Under the pieces are notes generated by a model. The model was not told the origin of the DNA, ran no database searches, and saw only the letters and a program-made list of their open reading frames with translations. DNA of 62,360 nt from Octopus bimaculoides (lineage: Eukaryota). The position numbers and the translations under genes were made by a program. The stretch lies in assembly GCF_001194135.2 (NCBI RefSeq), contig NC_068986.1, positions 96,767,903 through 96,830,262 of the forward strand. Direction: 5' to 3'. Positions 12,150 through 24,439 of the stretch are shown in pieces. Every line of letters starts with the position of its first letter. The stretch's first letter is position 1.

Positions 12150-12410
12150 TTTGACATGTCCTGTTCCCAAGAAGGGCAACCCTTCTGACTCTGGCAACTA
12201 TCATCCTATTACATCTCAAAGCTATTGAAGACAGCCATTAACAACAATCATATTCATCACCTTGATTCTGTCTACCATCTAATGACCACCAGTATGACCT
12301 CATAAACACATCTACTCTTGTATATATGCCAGAGATCAGTTATGGGCTCTCACTCTAGAAAACCTTGAAATTTGGTGAAAACAGTGTTGTTGCCCTCAAC
12401 ATCAGCTAAG
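12150..12410 (+). mobile_element. Decayed CR1/L2-like LINE reverse-transcriptase fragment
   Basis: Translates PVPKKGNPSDSGNYHPI and FGENSVVALNIS* (RT motifs). Flanking 11800-13040 is probably the same relic. Confidence 0.65.
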
Positions 12411-13110
12411 TTTGCTATTTAACTCAAACAATGCCCACTGTTTATTCCTCTCTGACCTTCCACATTCAGGTATTATCTATATGCAACCTAGACACTGCAC
12501 AGACGCCAACAACAAAGACCTTGAAAATATCCCCCAAAGGAGTCATGTCAATATTCTCCTTCAGCAGTATAAAAACACAATCACACATATCAAAAAATAT
12601 ATTATCACATCCACTCAGCTAGAAATTTCAAGGTCACTACACGTTAGGTTTTACCATCACTGAGAATCTCTATAGTCACTCATCAACAAGCTCTAACACT
12701 AACTTCTGGCCCACAGACATGTTGTTTCCTTTTTCTCTCTTGCTCTCTGCATTTCTACTACTACTATAATAGCTTTCTGCTCCTTGGAAATGATATGGTC
12801 TTGTACCACATCCAAACACATATTCCTGACTCATTCATCTCTTAGAATCCATTCTGTGTCCAACCTACAGGTACCAAACTAACCAACGCCCAGATTTTCC
12901 TTCCTAGAACATTATCTTTCTGGAATTCCCACTCTACAAACTTTTTTCCTGTAATTATCAATTTGCAACAACTCTCAAAAAATATCAACTGTGTTAATCT
13001 CATTAATTTTGGAGGGTCTGTGTCAGGCACTACCCCTTCCTTCAAATGAAATGAATAAAAAAAAAAAAGAGAAAAAAGATTTTCTCAGACTGATTAGACT
13101 GATGCTCAGT

Positions 13111-13245
13111 TTGGCTGTGTGGTAAGAAGTTGCTTCCCAACCAAAGTCCCACTGCATGACACCTTAGGCAAGTGTCTGCTACTATAGCCTTGGGTTGACC
13201 AAAGCCTTGTGAGTGGATTTGGTAGACAGAAACTGAAAGGTGCCC

Positions 13246-13280
<35 letters not shown>

Positions 13281-13469
13281 ACCCCCACCATTGCTTGACA
13301 ACTGATGATGGTGTGTTTAAGTGTCCCCTGTAACTTAGCAGTTTGGCAAAAAGTGACTGATAGAATAAGTACTAGGCTTACAAAGAATAAGTCCTGGGGT
13401 CGATTTCTTTGACTAAAGGCAGTGCTCCAGCATGGCAGCAGTCAAATGACTGAAACAAATAAAAGAATA
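13111..13469 (+). mobile_element. SINE family C (CORE-like) with internal (AT)n
   Basis: Colinear with the 40702-41082 copy. Confidence 0.85.
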
Positions 13470-13867
13470 GTCAATGGCTACTGGAAAAGAGACACAAGAA
13501 TGATTTTCTGGTGGTTGCCAGGATTTACAAAGTGCATATTGCAGGATCTAGGAAGTATACAGTAGAGGTCATGTGATGAGTAGTGATGTTCAGCAGGACC
13601 TGGTTAAGGGAACTGAAACAACAATGTGATGGAGATTAATTTTATATTAAAATTAGATAAATTTTAATCTTCAAATAGTAAAGAACAATTTATCAAATAA
13701 ACATTTTCAGGATAAAAATTAGAAGCTCCAAGGAGGTCAGTAAATAATTTTAGGAATTAAAGTCTTTAAAGGAAATACTGATTTATTAATTCATTTTATA
13801 AAAAAATATCACAGAAAAGAGAATGTGAAAGACAAAGATGGGTTCTGTTATTGAATTAAGCTATATA

Positions 13868-14830
13868 CGAAGTCTGTTCAAAATAAACCAAACTTTTAAA
13901 CCAATAGGTACAGTGTCCTTATAACTGCAGTACTCTATATAGCTGGCCTTGACCTTCAATCTAATAATAGCCACAGCATGCCATGTCAGTTACATGTGCC
14001 AGAATGAACATGTTTAGCACACCTGGACATTTGTCACAGGTCAAACAATGAAAGATGTGGGAGAGCAGCCTGTTTGCATGAAATTCTGTTTTAAATACAA
14101 GCTAAATAAGTACAGATTCTTCTAATGTTATAAAGGGAGCCTATAACGAAATTATTTCAGCCATACACAATAGTACAAGAACTTCAAATTAGGAAGAACT
14201 ATAGAAGACAATCCTAAACCTGGATGGCCTTCCATGATAACAGATGATGATTGCATTTCAAAAGTGTATGCTGTGATTAATAAAAATTGTCACCTAACTA
14301 ACTGCATAACTTTTCTAAGAAGTAGGCATCATTAATAGCTTATGTCATATGATTTTTAAAAGAAAAATTGAAGATGCATTATAATGTCATAAAATTTGTG
14401 TAGCATCTACAAAGAAAGAGAACTAAATCACAGTATGTCAGAATTTGTATGATTGTTTAGATGCTGATGGAAACTTTCTGAAAAATTTCATAACAAGCAA
14501 TGAAATGTGTATGTACAGCTACAATGTTGAAAGAAAAAGCCATCATAGTGGGTTGGATTGTCATGGCTACAACCGAAATAAGTACATCAGAGTCGCTCAA
14601 ATGTGTGAGCGATGTTAATTGCCCTTTATAATTGGAAAAGAGTTGTTCATCATGAGTTTGCTATACATAGACAATCAATACCTCTGAAAATTCATTCCAA
14701 AAATAGAAAAAAAAAGTATTGGAAATGGTGTATAAAAAGTGGAAGGAAGTATTTTGAAGGAAAAATAATTAAATTGTTAGAAAAGCAATACGTTTTTTAC
14801 TAAGCTCGGTTTCTTTTTGGACAGACCTCA
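13868..14830 (+). mobile_element. Internally deleted, decayed mariner element
   Basis: Imperfect TIRs CGAAGTCTGTTCAAAATAAACC / GGTTTCTTTTTGGACAGACCTCA; translates EQPVCMKFCFK, FLKNFITSNEMCMYSY, MLIALYNWKRVVHHEF, WCIKSGRKYFEG. Confidence 0.75.
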
Positions 14831-16427
14831 TGCATCTAAAGAATATCAGCTGAACAACTATCCTGAATAAATTTAAACAAAACAGATAAAACAGAATTCC
14901 ACATATCTTTACAAACAGATGATAGTCTCAATGTGGTTGGGTGACCTGCTGGAAAAAACAGCCCTTAAATAACACCCTATTGTTTGGTTAATACTAGGTA
15001 CATTATGCTTTAAAAAAGACAGATTAATCAGAAATATTCTTTTACTATACGTCTGCTTAATTGAGGAATTCTTGTAGTTCAAAATATAGAATTCAAAATG
15101 TGGAGTTCAGTTCATGAAGCATATATCACCAAGAACTACATAACTGTTCATTATAAAATGATGAAAGTTAACAACCTCAAAAGAAGTAATCATCGCTGTA
15201 GTTTGTGAGTATTAGATATGGAACTTGAGTGACCAGAGTGAATACTTCAACCAGTCATGACATTATTGCAATATACTGGTACAGGAATAGCCAATATGAA
15301 GTTGTTTTGTCTAAAATCAGCTCAGATTAAGCAAACCTATAATCAAAAGCATTCCAGCTGTGACTATTTCATAACATCTTTCAGATATCTTATGTGTTTT
15401 TCTTTCTTTAAGACAGTAGAGTGTAACAAGAGGGAGTTTATTTCAGAAGGATGAGCAACAGTGTTCCTGTTTCCCTGGAATAAAAAACGTGAAAACAAAA
15501 CTGTTATATCCCTTGTTAACTTATTTATTCTAACTTTAGTCAACAATCAGGAGTATTTTTCAAAAATGTGTTCGTGAAATAACTGAGTATTTATATAGTA
15601 TGCAAACAAAAAACAATATATGGAATCACTAACTACTTTCTGGAATGTTTTACATCAAGTTGCTATGATGTATGAAGCTAAGGAGAGAAAACTTTCGATA
15701 AGACACCAGATGATAGCAGGCAATTTTAAATGACATTGAACCAGACCTGCAGAGCAACAAAATTATCATCTATTTAATATAGCTACTGTTGATTACAACA
15801 GTTAATTTTACTAATCTACATGCAACTTGATGTACTGCACCCATAAAGAGTAAAACATGCTGGCATGGACAAATTGCACCCATCATTGTAGTATACAAAC
15901 TACTGAACTCTGTGACATTTGTATACATCTAGAGTAAATGTCATATGCTTTGACAATATGCATGAACTATACTGCTTTATCATGTAAATATGTCAGAAAA
16001 TACAAGATTCTTTTTACTATAAAATGTTGTCTCCTCTTCAGGATTCAATATGCAAACAAATAGTATAAAAATGGATCTGTAAACAACTGAAGAACCACTA
16101 GGAAGGGAGGTGGGGACTAGCGTTTGATTAGTAGTAACTCTGAAATTCACAGTACTAGCTAATTCCACTACAGTTCATTATTTTGAGGTAGCAAGACACG
16201 TCTGCATTTTTAATTACACATCATTGGTATTTGGCTGCATAAACACAGCCAAATACCAACATAGCATTTGGTACTTGATCAATATGTCTATGGCTAATTA
16301 AATATCTAAAACATCACAAAACTTGACAAATATTGGTATTACTTGTCCACGGCATAGAGTGTGTTGAATTTATGAAATAGACTTCTGAGTTCAATGCCAG
16401 ACCAAACACATATAATACATATTTGTA

Positions 16428-16640
16428 GAGGCACATGGCTAAGTGATTAAGGTGTTGCACTCTGTAAGGCTGTGGTTTCAATTTCTGAACCAGGTGATGC
16501 ATTTCACATTGTTCCAGTCCACTCAGTTGGTAAAAATGAGTAATCCTGCTTTTGACTGATGTCCTGTCCAGAGCAGGGAATATATACACCACAGAATCAG
16601 GAAACCAGTCTTGTGCGTCTATGGCTCAAGAAGGACTTTT
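16428..16640 (+). mobile_element. Degenerate tRNA-derived SINE with V-domain-like GACTGATGTCCTGTCCAG
   Basis: tRNA-like head, then CCAGTCCACTCAG...AAAAATGAGTA; family name from memory. Confidence 0.45.
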
Positions 16641-17422
16641 CATCCTTTATGGGGGCGGAGAATAAGGCACCAGAGAGGAAATGGCAACTTCAGCAGGTCA
16701 AGGGTTGGTTGATCATATCAATCCCAGTAACTTTTATATATCTTATACTTATTTTATCAATATCTGTTTATCCAATGGCAAGTTTAAAACTTTTGGTGCG
16801 AAGGGGCACAACTTGACACACTGTTCCACCTAGACAACTTTTCCAAAGTGATGAACAGTAGCATTGAACCCAAAACTATGTGGATATGAAGTAAATTTCT
16901 TAAACAAGTATGCCTGAGCCATATATGTATGTAAATAATATATGTGGACATGAAAATGCAACAAGATTAGTTGTAACAAGTATAGGGAGCCAGAACAGCA
17001 AATTGGAATTTGGTATATAAACCAGGGCTTAAGAGTTAAACCTAACCAAAATAGAGAACAGAAATGCTTGAAAATATGTTATCGTGGAAACCTGCCAATC
17101 CACATGAGTATTAAAATAATGAATATGCACATGAAGATGACATTTGCACGACATAAATCTTTTTGGAAAAGTTGTTGGCAACATTATCATCATCATCATC
17201 ATCATCAAACAATTTACTTTCAAACCAAATTATGCTGACTTAAACCCTCTGTATCCAAATGATAGGACACAAATATTGCAGATGTATGGTCTAATTTTAG
17301 TGTGTATGATTTCATTCAGCTTTAATAGCACTTATTCACATTTATTGTGTTTCAGTTGTATGAAATATTTCATATCTAGTTAAACTGTTATGAGTTGTAA
17401 ACACTTTATCACAAATATTACA

Positions 17423-18133
17423 TCATGATGCTGGCTCCATAGAATGTTTCAATTTATGTTTATTGAGCTTCTCCTTACGTGAAAATGCTCTGTTACATGT
17501 TTCACATTTGTATTGTTTCTTAATTGTATGGGATATTTCATGTCTAGTTAAACTAGCACGTGATGAAAATGTTTTATCACAAATAGGACATTGGAATGCT
17601 GGCTCTGTAGAGTGTGTCAGTTTATGTTCATTTAACTTATCCTTTCGTGAAAATGATTTTTCACAAATTTCACATTGATATGGCTTTTCTCCAGTGTGTA
17701 TCAATTTATGTCTTGTTAAGTGATTCTTTTCAGTAAATGTCCACCCACATATATTACACTGGAATGGTTTCACTCCCAAGTGACTAAGCATATGATTTTC
17801 AAAGCGGCTCTTACGTAAAAATGCCTTTCCACAAATCTCACAAGAAGCAGCATTTCTGTAAGTATGAAGTATTTTATGTCTGTCTAGACTAGACTTTGAG
17901 AATTCTTTACCACAGATATTACAACTGTACAATTTATCTCCAGTGTGAATTAGTTTGTGTCTATTCAAGTGACTATTAGTAAAAAATGCTGTTCCACAAA
18001 TTTCACAATTGTATGGTCTCTCTCCAGTGTGAACCACTTTATGTCGTGTTACATGATGTTTCCTTGAGAATGCTTTACCACAGATTTCACAGATGTGCGA
18101 GTGTCTTTTTGTAACAAACTGTTTGTTTTCCAT
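17423..18133 (-). CDS. ZNF-2: C2H2 zinc-finger protein, 8 fingers, 236 aa
   Basis: The ORF-track start at 18136 is TTG; the first ATG is 18133. 8 fingers, finger 3 with an 11-residue spacer. In-frame upstream TAA at 18149-18151. Confidence 0.92.
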   Translation of the reverse strand: MENKQFVTKRHSHICEICGKAFSRKHHVTRHKVVHTGERPYNCEICGTAFFTNSHLNRHKLIHTGDKLYSCNICGKEFSKSSLDRHKILHTYRNAASCEICGKAFLRKSRFENHMLSHLGVKPFQCNICGWTFTEKNHLTRHKLIHTGEKPYQCEICEKSFSRKDKLNEHKLTHSTEPAFQCPICDKTFSSRASLTRHEISHTIKKQYKCETCNRAFSRKEKLNKHKLKHSMEPAS

Positions 18134-18354
18134 CAATCTGGTACTTTTTTACAGAAATTTTAACATTTACAATACTGTGACATTGATATTTATGTTGCAG
18201 AAATAAAGTTATCCAATAAACAAATATCCAAAAATTTTCACTCAAATAGTAATGTCGATATTTTCTTCAATGGACCAGGGAAACTTCACAGTAAGTTCAC
18301 AGTAGAATAATCATGGCTTCTTTTAAAAATTCTCTTTTCAAGATACAAAGCTGT

Positions 18355-18369
18355 CCTGAAATACAACAA
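18355..18369 (-). other. Predicted splice acceptor of the ZNF-2 coding exon
   Basis: Identical CCTGAAATACAACAA 15-mer. Confidence 0.8.
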
Positions 18370-19448
18370 AACTGATATTAAACTATAATGTAACTTATTG
18401 ACAAAGGATGTTCTTCTTTCAAATTGTTACTCTTCATATGTCTGATGGGGAAAAAATTGGTCACTCACTTCTTCCCTGAAACAACAACAGAAACTGTTTG
18501 ATACCTAACTAGGTATTTGCTATTTCAAGAGGGGCAAATACAAAAACTATGGCTACAAACACCAAGTACTCAAACTTCAAGACAAACCATCAATGTCAAA
18601 TTCAAATAATATGACATCAAAGGAACAGTCTGTCTCATTTAGCATAAGAGAGTCTCTTGAACACTAGTAAAGGAAATGTCTGTCTGCTTCTCCAGATGAT
18701 TTCTTACACTAGTCTGATCCACCAGATTACTTCAGTCCAGTTTTTACTCCAGATAGTTACAAAGTTGATATACTGCAGGATCTGAACCCAAAATTGACAG
18801 CCTTAACCTACCCCACCCCACCACCTTAAAGATGACATCTTGTGAACAAGAGATGCTGGCCTTCATCAACTCATGGTATGTCCTCCACAGTTCATAAATG
18901 TTTTCTTCCAAGAATATTCTTCAACACTACATACAGCCCTTGTTGTTTGGTTTCCTTACATGTGATGATGATATTTGGAGTAAAGACTTATATAAGTGTC
19001 TTGGCAGTTCAGGTCAGTATAAGCAATCCTCTAATGGAGCAGATGGATGTTTCTTTGTTTTACTAGTGACTTCCACTTCCACTAAGCAATGATGGAAAGA
19101 TGGACCACTTTTTTGATGTCTTATTTGCTGAGATGTTGGAGACAGAAGGGTACTTGAGGTGCCTCAACATACAACTCACTTGAAAGTGTGCATCTCATCA
19201 GTCTTATATCACTTTTCCTCAGAACTCGTACTCATTCAGCTTGGTATTGGTATCAAACTTGTGTATGAAGCAGCTGTCAGTGCTATGGACACATTCATGG
19301 GAACCCCTTTCGAGGCTTTAAGGGTGTTCTCAAACTTCAACGAATAAACGTTTTTAATTCAGTCAGGTGTGGTGACATCTCCAGCTCAGTGAAAGAGAAC
19401 ATTCTACTACAATTCAAGCATATCCGGAGCTCTGTGCGCCTACCTCAA

Positions 19449-19717
19449 TTTGTTTCCTCATAACTTTCTGAAAAATAGACATTGTTTTGATAACATTTTC
19501 TACAAATACGTTTCAGATAATGTAGATTACGATTATGTTGGAATTTGACTTTGTTTCTTCATGCGTTTTGATGAGGTGGTATGAATTATTCACCCTCAAT
19601 TTTTTTTTTTTCCCACATCCAAATTCCGATATAATCCGAAGCTACACTATCTGAAACGTATTTGTTGAAGATTTTATTTTAAAATATCCATTTTTCAGAA
19701 AGTTATGAAGAAACAAA
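19449..19717. mobile_element. Fold-back MITE-like element, ~98-bp arms
   Basis: 19449-19547 is roughly the reverse complement of 19620-19717 (shared CATAACTTTCTGAAAAAT and CAAATACGTTTCAGATA blocks). Confidence 0.8.
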
Positions 19718-20491
19718 AGCGGCAGTAGGGGAGAGCACACACGTGTAATAATGCCGGGAGTTGAATCTATCCTTCCTGAAAAAATCAGTGTTTACTTTTC
19801 AGAGCCGCTAAATTATCTGCTTATGAAAAAACGCACTGGTAATGTTTACATCACATTTCAATTTTTTTTTCCAAACAACCGTTATGTAGTACACTATTAG
19901 GCGGAGTTTTAGACTAGCTTACCCACGTAACTAAGAAGCTCCGCCCACTATTGATTCATGTTGCTGGATTTTCCCTGACCCATGAACTCAGTGAACCTAT
20001 ATTGGTGGTTGCTCGAACTGCTAGAAAAAGCAATTAAATCTCCCTCAATCAAACACTACCATCGTTAAAAAATGAGACACATAATTCTACACAGCTTACA
20101 TCCGAGAACGGATAATTTCAACAGTGACATATATCACAGCAGTAGTTCTCAGATGTTATTACTTTGCATCTCATACACCCAATACATGAGAAATAGATTG
20201 ATGACATCCAAGACACAACAGTTTGCCTTAGGAAATATCTGCAAACTCTTCTTTCAACATTTAATGCATTTTTGCTTACGTTATTTACAAATGCAATTGC
20301 ATAACTATTGATGGATCCGACTAAAAAGGAATTGAAAGACTGAATACGCCGGATAATTCTAGATTTACCGAGACTATTGAAAAAAAGAAAAAGAAATGGG
20401 TTTGGTTACAGTTAGAACTCTTTTAATCATAGGACGACAGGATCAGGGATTAAACACTAACAGTCTACATTTAACACTTTAAATAAAAGTT

Positions 20492-20841
20492 ACCTTCATC
20501 TTCCATTCGTATCTTGGATGCTTTGTCGGAATATGTTGGGCTTCTTTATTTGTAATTCTGTCCGACATTCAGTTCAATTCCTAATTGTAAGATCTTTAGT
20601 GGGAGGGGTTGTATTCTACAGGTCCGAAGTTGTTTTCATTACTTTTCTCTACGTTCCACTGCAAAGTTAATCTCTGTTTCATATATATATATATATATAC
20701 AGTGTTGTTTAGTTAAACAGCAACACACTCCGCAAGGACATCTTTCTATGTATCTATATCTGTTGCTATTTGTATACCCTACACTTCACAATACACTATA
20801 GACAATCAGCACGTGGTTCAGCCAGAATATTACCGGAAGTA
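20492..20841 (-). promoter_or_regulatory. Putative ZNF-2 promoter/first exon (ETS 20832-20841, E-box 20810-20815, donor GAAG|GTAACT at 20494)
   Basis: Motif positions seen directly; the linkage to the 18355 acceptor is inferred. Confidence 0.4.
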
Positions 20842-21593
20842 AAGGCCTAACTAACTGATATACAAGACATTCGCAAAGTGGAACAAACTATTTTACCAAG
20901 AGGAAGAGAAGGAACTTAACATTTTAGGCTGTACCGTTGGTTAGGTTGAGATTAAATATTTATTGACAGTGCTGAATAAATAATTTAGAAGTAATGAATG
21001 AGATGGGGTGTTGCTAGTGAGGGCAGCGATCAAATGGATGGGACATAATCAACAGGGACATTGGTAAAATTTGAAAAGCGCATTGGAGAAAGACAACCAA
21101 GAAAGAAGGAATGTAAGCAGGGAAGAGGAAGCATGGTTTCTGTTGCTTCTCAGTTGGTGATTGAGAATAGGGTAGACAGAGGAAAGGTTTACGAGAGCAA
21201 CGTCAAGATAATGTACGAGAGGTCCCTTAATACTGGTGCGAAAGTAAGTGCTTAGAGCAAAAATGAATCTTTTCTGTTTGCGAGTGAAGGTTGAGCATTC
21301 ATGTGAGGTAAACTACGCAGACATGATTCATGGAGCGGTTTAGTAATTTGAAGTGACACGTTGATTGTTAAGAGAATGATTGGTTGTTCCAGGCGTCAAG
21401 AGTTTCATATAGAGGATCATATCGAGTACCCGAGAGCTGACAGGTGAAAAATAGTAGCTACCAATTAGTAATATTAATCTATGTAGAATCAGATAATGTA
21501 TTTACATTTCGAACAAAGCTCTTTATAAGATAAGAAACAAAATTAATAAGAGAAAGCAGTGAATAAAAGTAATGGAAACTTGTAGGTATCACT

Positions 21594-22001
21594 ATCCTCG
21601 TTTTTACGGTACTAATTTCAAATTGGTCTTTTACGGTCGTTTATAGTATTAAATTCTATGTTGTGTTAAATGGTGCGCAAAATGTCATCTAATTCACAAC
21701 AGTTGTGCATGAGAACGAAAGAAACGCAGTGGATTCAGTTCTGTAAAATCTATCTGTTAAAATTCGTTTTTTACTCGCTCGTATTTGTTACAATCACTGA
21801 TAATCATGCATTGTTGGTGCCGATACATTTGACGAGCCTTTTATGACCATTTCATATCAATATCCAGTTCATCCTTTTCTCTTTCGAATAAATTGTGTAT
21901 TTTGATACACTTTTAAAACATATCCTAAGTTTTGGTGTTCTTAAAGTAATTTTTAACCCCCGCTTTTTCGAGTTAAATTTTAGGACCGTAAAAACGAGGA
22001 T
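21594..22001. mobile_element. Non-autonomous DNA element with perfect 17-bp TIR
   Basis: ATCCTCGTTTTTACGGT (21594) / ACCGTAAAAACGAGGAT (21985-22001); direct repeat TAGGTATC at 21583 and 22006. Confidence 0.7.
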
Positions 22002-22124
22002 TCCTTAGGTATCTTATACAAGATAGTGAAGATAGACGGTAAGCAACTATCAGTCATGAAAGTGGGATGGAATGAATAGCGTGTGAGGGTCAATGAGAGT
22101 TGTCTTCTCTTACAAATGTATATT

Positions 22125-22489
22125 TTGTTGGCACTCCGTCGGTTACGACGTCGAGGGTTCCAGTTGATCCGATCAACGAAACAGCCTGCTCGTGAAATTA
22201 ACGTGCAAGTGTACCCTTAACGTAGTTCTCGGGGGGAGATTCAGCGTGACACAGAGTGTAACAAGGCTGGCCCTTTGAAATACAAGTACAACAGAAACAG
22301 GAAGATAGAGTGAGTGAAAGTTGTGGTGAAAGGGTACAGCAGGGATCGCCACCACCCCCTGCCGGAGCCCCGTGGAGCTTTAGGCGCTTTCGCTCAATAA
22401 ACACTCACAACGCCCGGTCTGGGAATCGAAACCGCGATCCTACGACCGCGAGTCCGCTGCCCTAACCTCTAGGCCATTGCGCCTCCACT
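22125..22489 (-). mobile_element. SINE family A, full length
   Basis: 15-bp TSD TTACAAATGTATATT at 22110-22124 and 22490-22504. Confidence 0.92.
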
Positions 22490-23231
22490 TTACAAATGTA
22501 TATTACAGTAAGCAATTGACTGATAAAATGTATTTGGTCGCTCTCACCTACGGAACTGAGCGAAGCAGAAAGCATGTTGTTTGAATGAATTCTGTATTCT
22601 TATGGTAAAGCTATAATACAGCTTCAGAAATTTGATTCAAACACATGCCCACATCTGTCAATGAGATGTGACTGCTGTTTCCATCTTGGGTACTAAACAG
22701 AACAGAAGAGTTTAGTATGCTGTTTAATGACGTTTATGAACGACAATAAACATTTACAAAATCAGTAACGTTTCACATATGTATGTATTATAAGGATTTG
22801 AAAACTGTCGGTAAATTGAGAGTATCTTAGTAATTACTAGAAAAAAATTTCCCTAGGGTTTTTAGATTCGTTAAAAAAAAAAAAGCTAGTGTGACAATTT
22901 CAGTAAGGTCGGTAGATTAGAATTTTTAGACAGAATGATGTAGCTTTAGCCTTTAAAGCTAACCTGTAAATGTAACATATGTTATGGTATTATTAGAACT
23001 CCAAAGTGAAATATTCGTGGCTATGTGGAACATAGTTTACTTCCCAACCACATGATTCCGAGATCAGTCCTACTATAACCCCACACCGATCAAAATCATG
23101 TGAGTTGATTTCTTCAGTGAAAACAGAAAGAAGCTCGTAATACATACATACATACATACATATATATATATAGACTTACACATATAGAAATATTATAAAA
23201 GNNNNNNNNNNNNNNNNNNNNNNNNNNNNNN

Positions 23232-23274
<43 letters not shown>

Positions 23275-23994
23275 AAGGTTTGGAGGTAATGTACAGGAAT
23301 TATATATTAGAAAAAATAATAAGGTACTCAGATATCTAGATGGTTGTACATTTACAGATTTTTATTAATATGTCACGTTTTTATAAATTAGCGCTTGCAT
23401 CTATTCTTGTAGACTCTCCAAATATGTGTGTGTGTGTATACAGAGAGAGAGAGAGAGAGTCCTCTAAAAATCTATTAGTCAGAAAAAATATGAACTCATA
23501 TATTTGTCAATAGCATGGGTGTATTAATCAAAATGTACAGTATTATATATCCATTACAGCTGATCCTACCAATCGGTTCTACACAGAGTATTAAACCAGA
23601 TGTTAGATAACAGTGTTGGATACACAAAAAAACAGGGTAGCAAACTAGTAACACTGAACTATCTGATAAGCAGATTTGTATTCTACAGACTTTTTCACAA
23701 TGAAATCAATTCCTGGAGTGTTCCTAGCTGTGATGATACATTTGTTAGAAGATTTGAAAGGTGTGTTTGTGGTTATGGACAATATACTGCTGTTCTCTGA
23801 ATCAAAGAATAAACATTAAAAGTGTTTACCAGCTATTTTATAATGATGTAGAAGTCTAAAACTGAGCCCAAGGAAACATAATGAGCAAGTAGAATATGTG
23901 AAATAACCAAATAAGGAGTTAAACCAGATTCAGATAAAATATTTATCATCCATGCTTTGCAGTTATCTCCTGCCCCCAGTAGATTTTAATGACA

Positions 23995-24115
23995 CAGAGT
24001 GCAGATATCACAGTTATATAGTTTATTTTCAATGTGCATGAGTCCACACTGCTTAAATTTCTCTTTCAAAGAACATACCTTTCCACATATTTCACAATTT
24101 TCTTTCTTTTTTTGT
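23995..24115 (-). pseudogene. Decayed C2H2-ZNF relic (about 1.5 fingers)
   Basis: NCEICGKVCSLKEKFKQCGLMHIENKLYNCDICTLCH*: His replaced by Cys, second finger truncated. Confidence 0.7.
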
Positions 24116-24439
24116 TTTTCAGCTGTATATTTCGTGTCTAGGAGAGCAGTAACTTTGAATAAAAACTGAAGCAGTGTGAAGAACACTTTAGTCAAGGCCA
24201 ACAATTACTATAGTACTGGTGCAAGTCCATACTGTAAAATGGTTGGTGATTGGAAGAGCATCCAGCTTGTAAAAGAAATACTAAAATCATGAAATATTCC
24301 AATAAAGTTTAACTGCATATGCAAAACTAATACTTAACCATGATGGTGCTGCACACAATAGTGGAGTGGTTAGGCAGAAACATTTCATCATGTATAATCA
24401 GAGATATTCCAGTAGTGATCACCCAATCATATATATGCA

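Noticed and set aside
18700-19000. PPDYFSPVFTPD and EMLAFI fragments reminiscent of piggyBac transposase
   Set aside because: Too short and degenerate; no TTAA/TIR ends found.
21000-21420. Possible CR1/L2 endonuclease N-terminus on the minus strand (SIKGPLVHYLDVALVNLSSVYP)
   Set aside because: Only a weak resemblance; needs a profile search.
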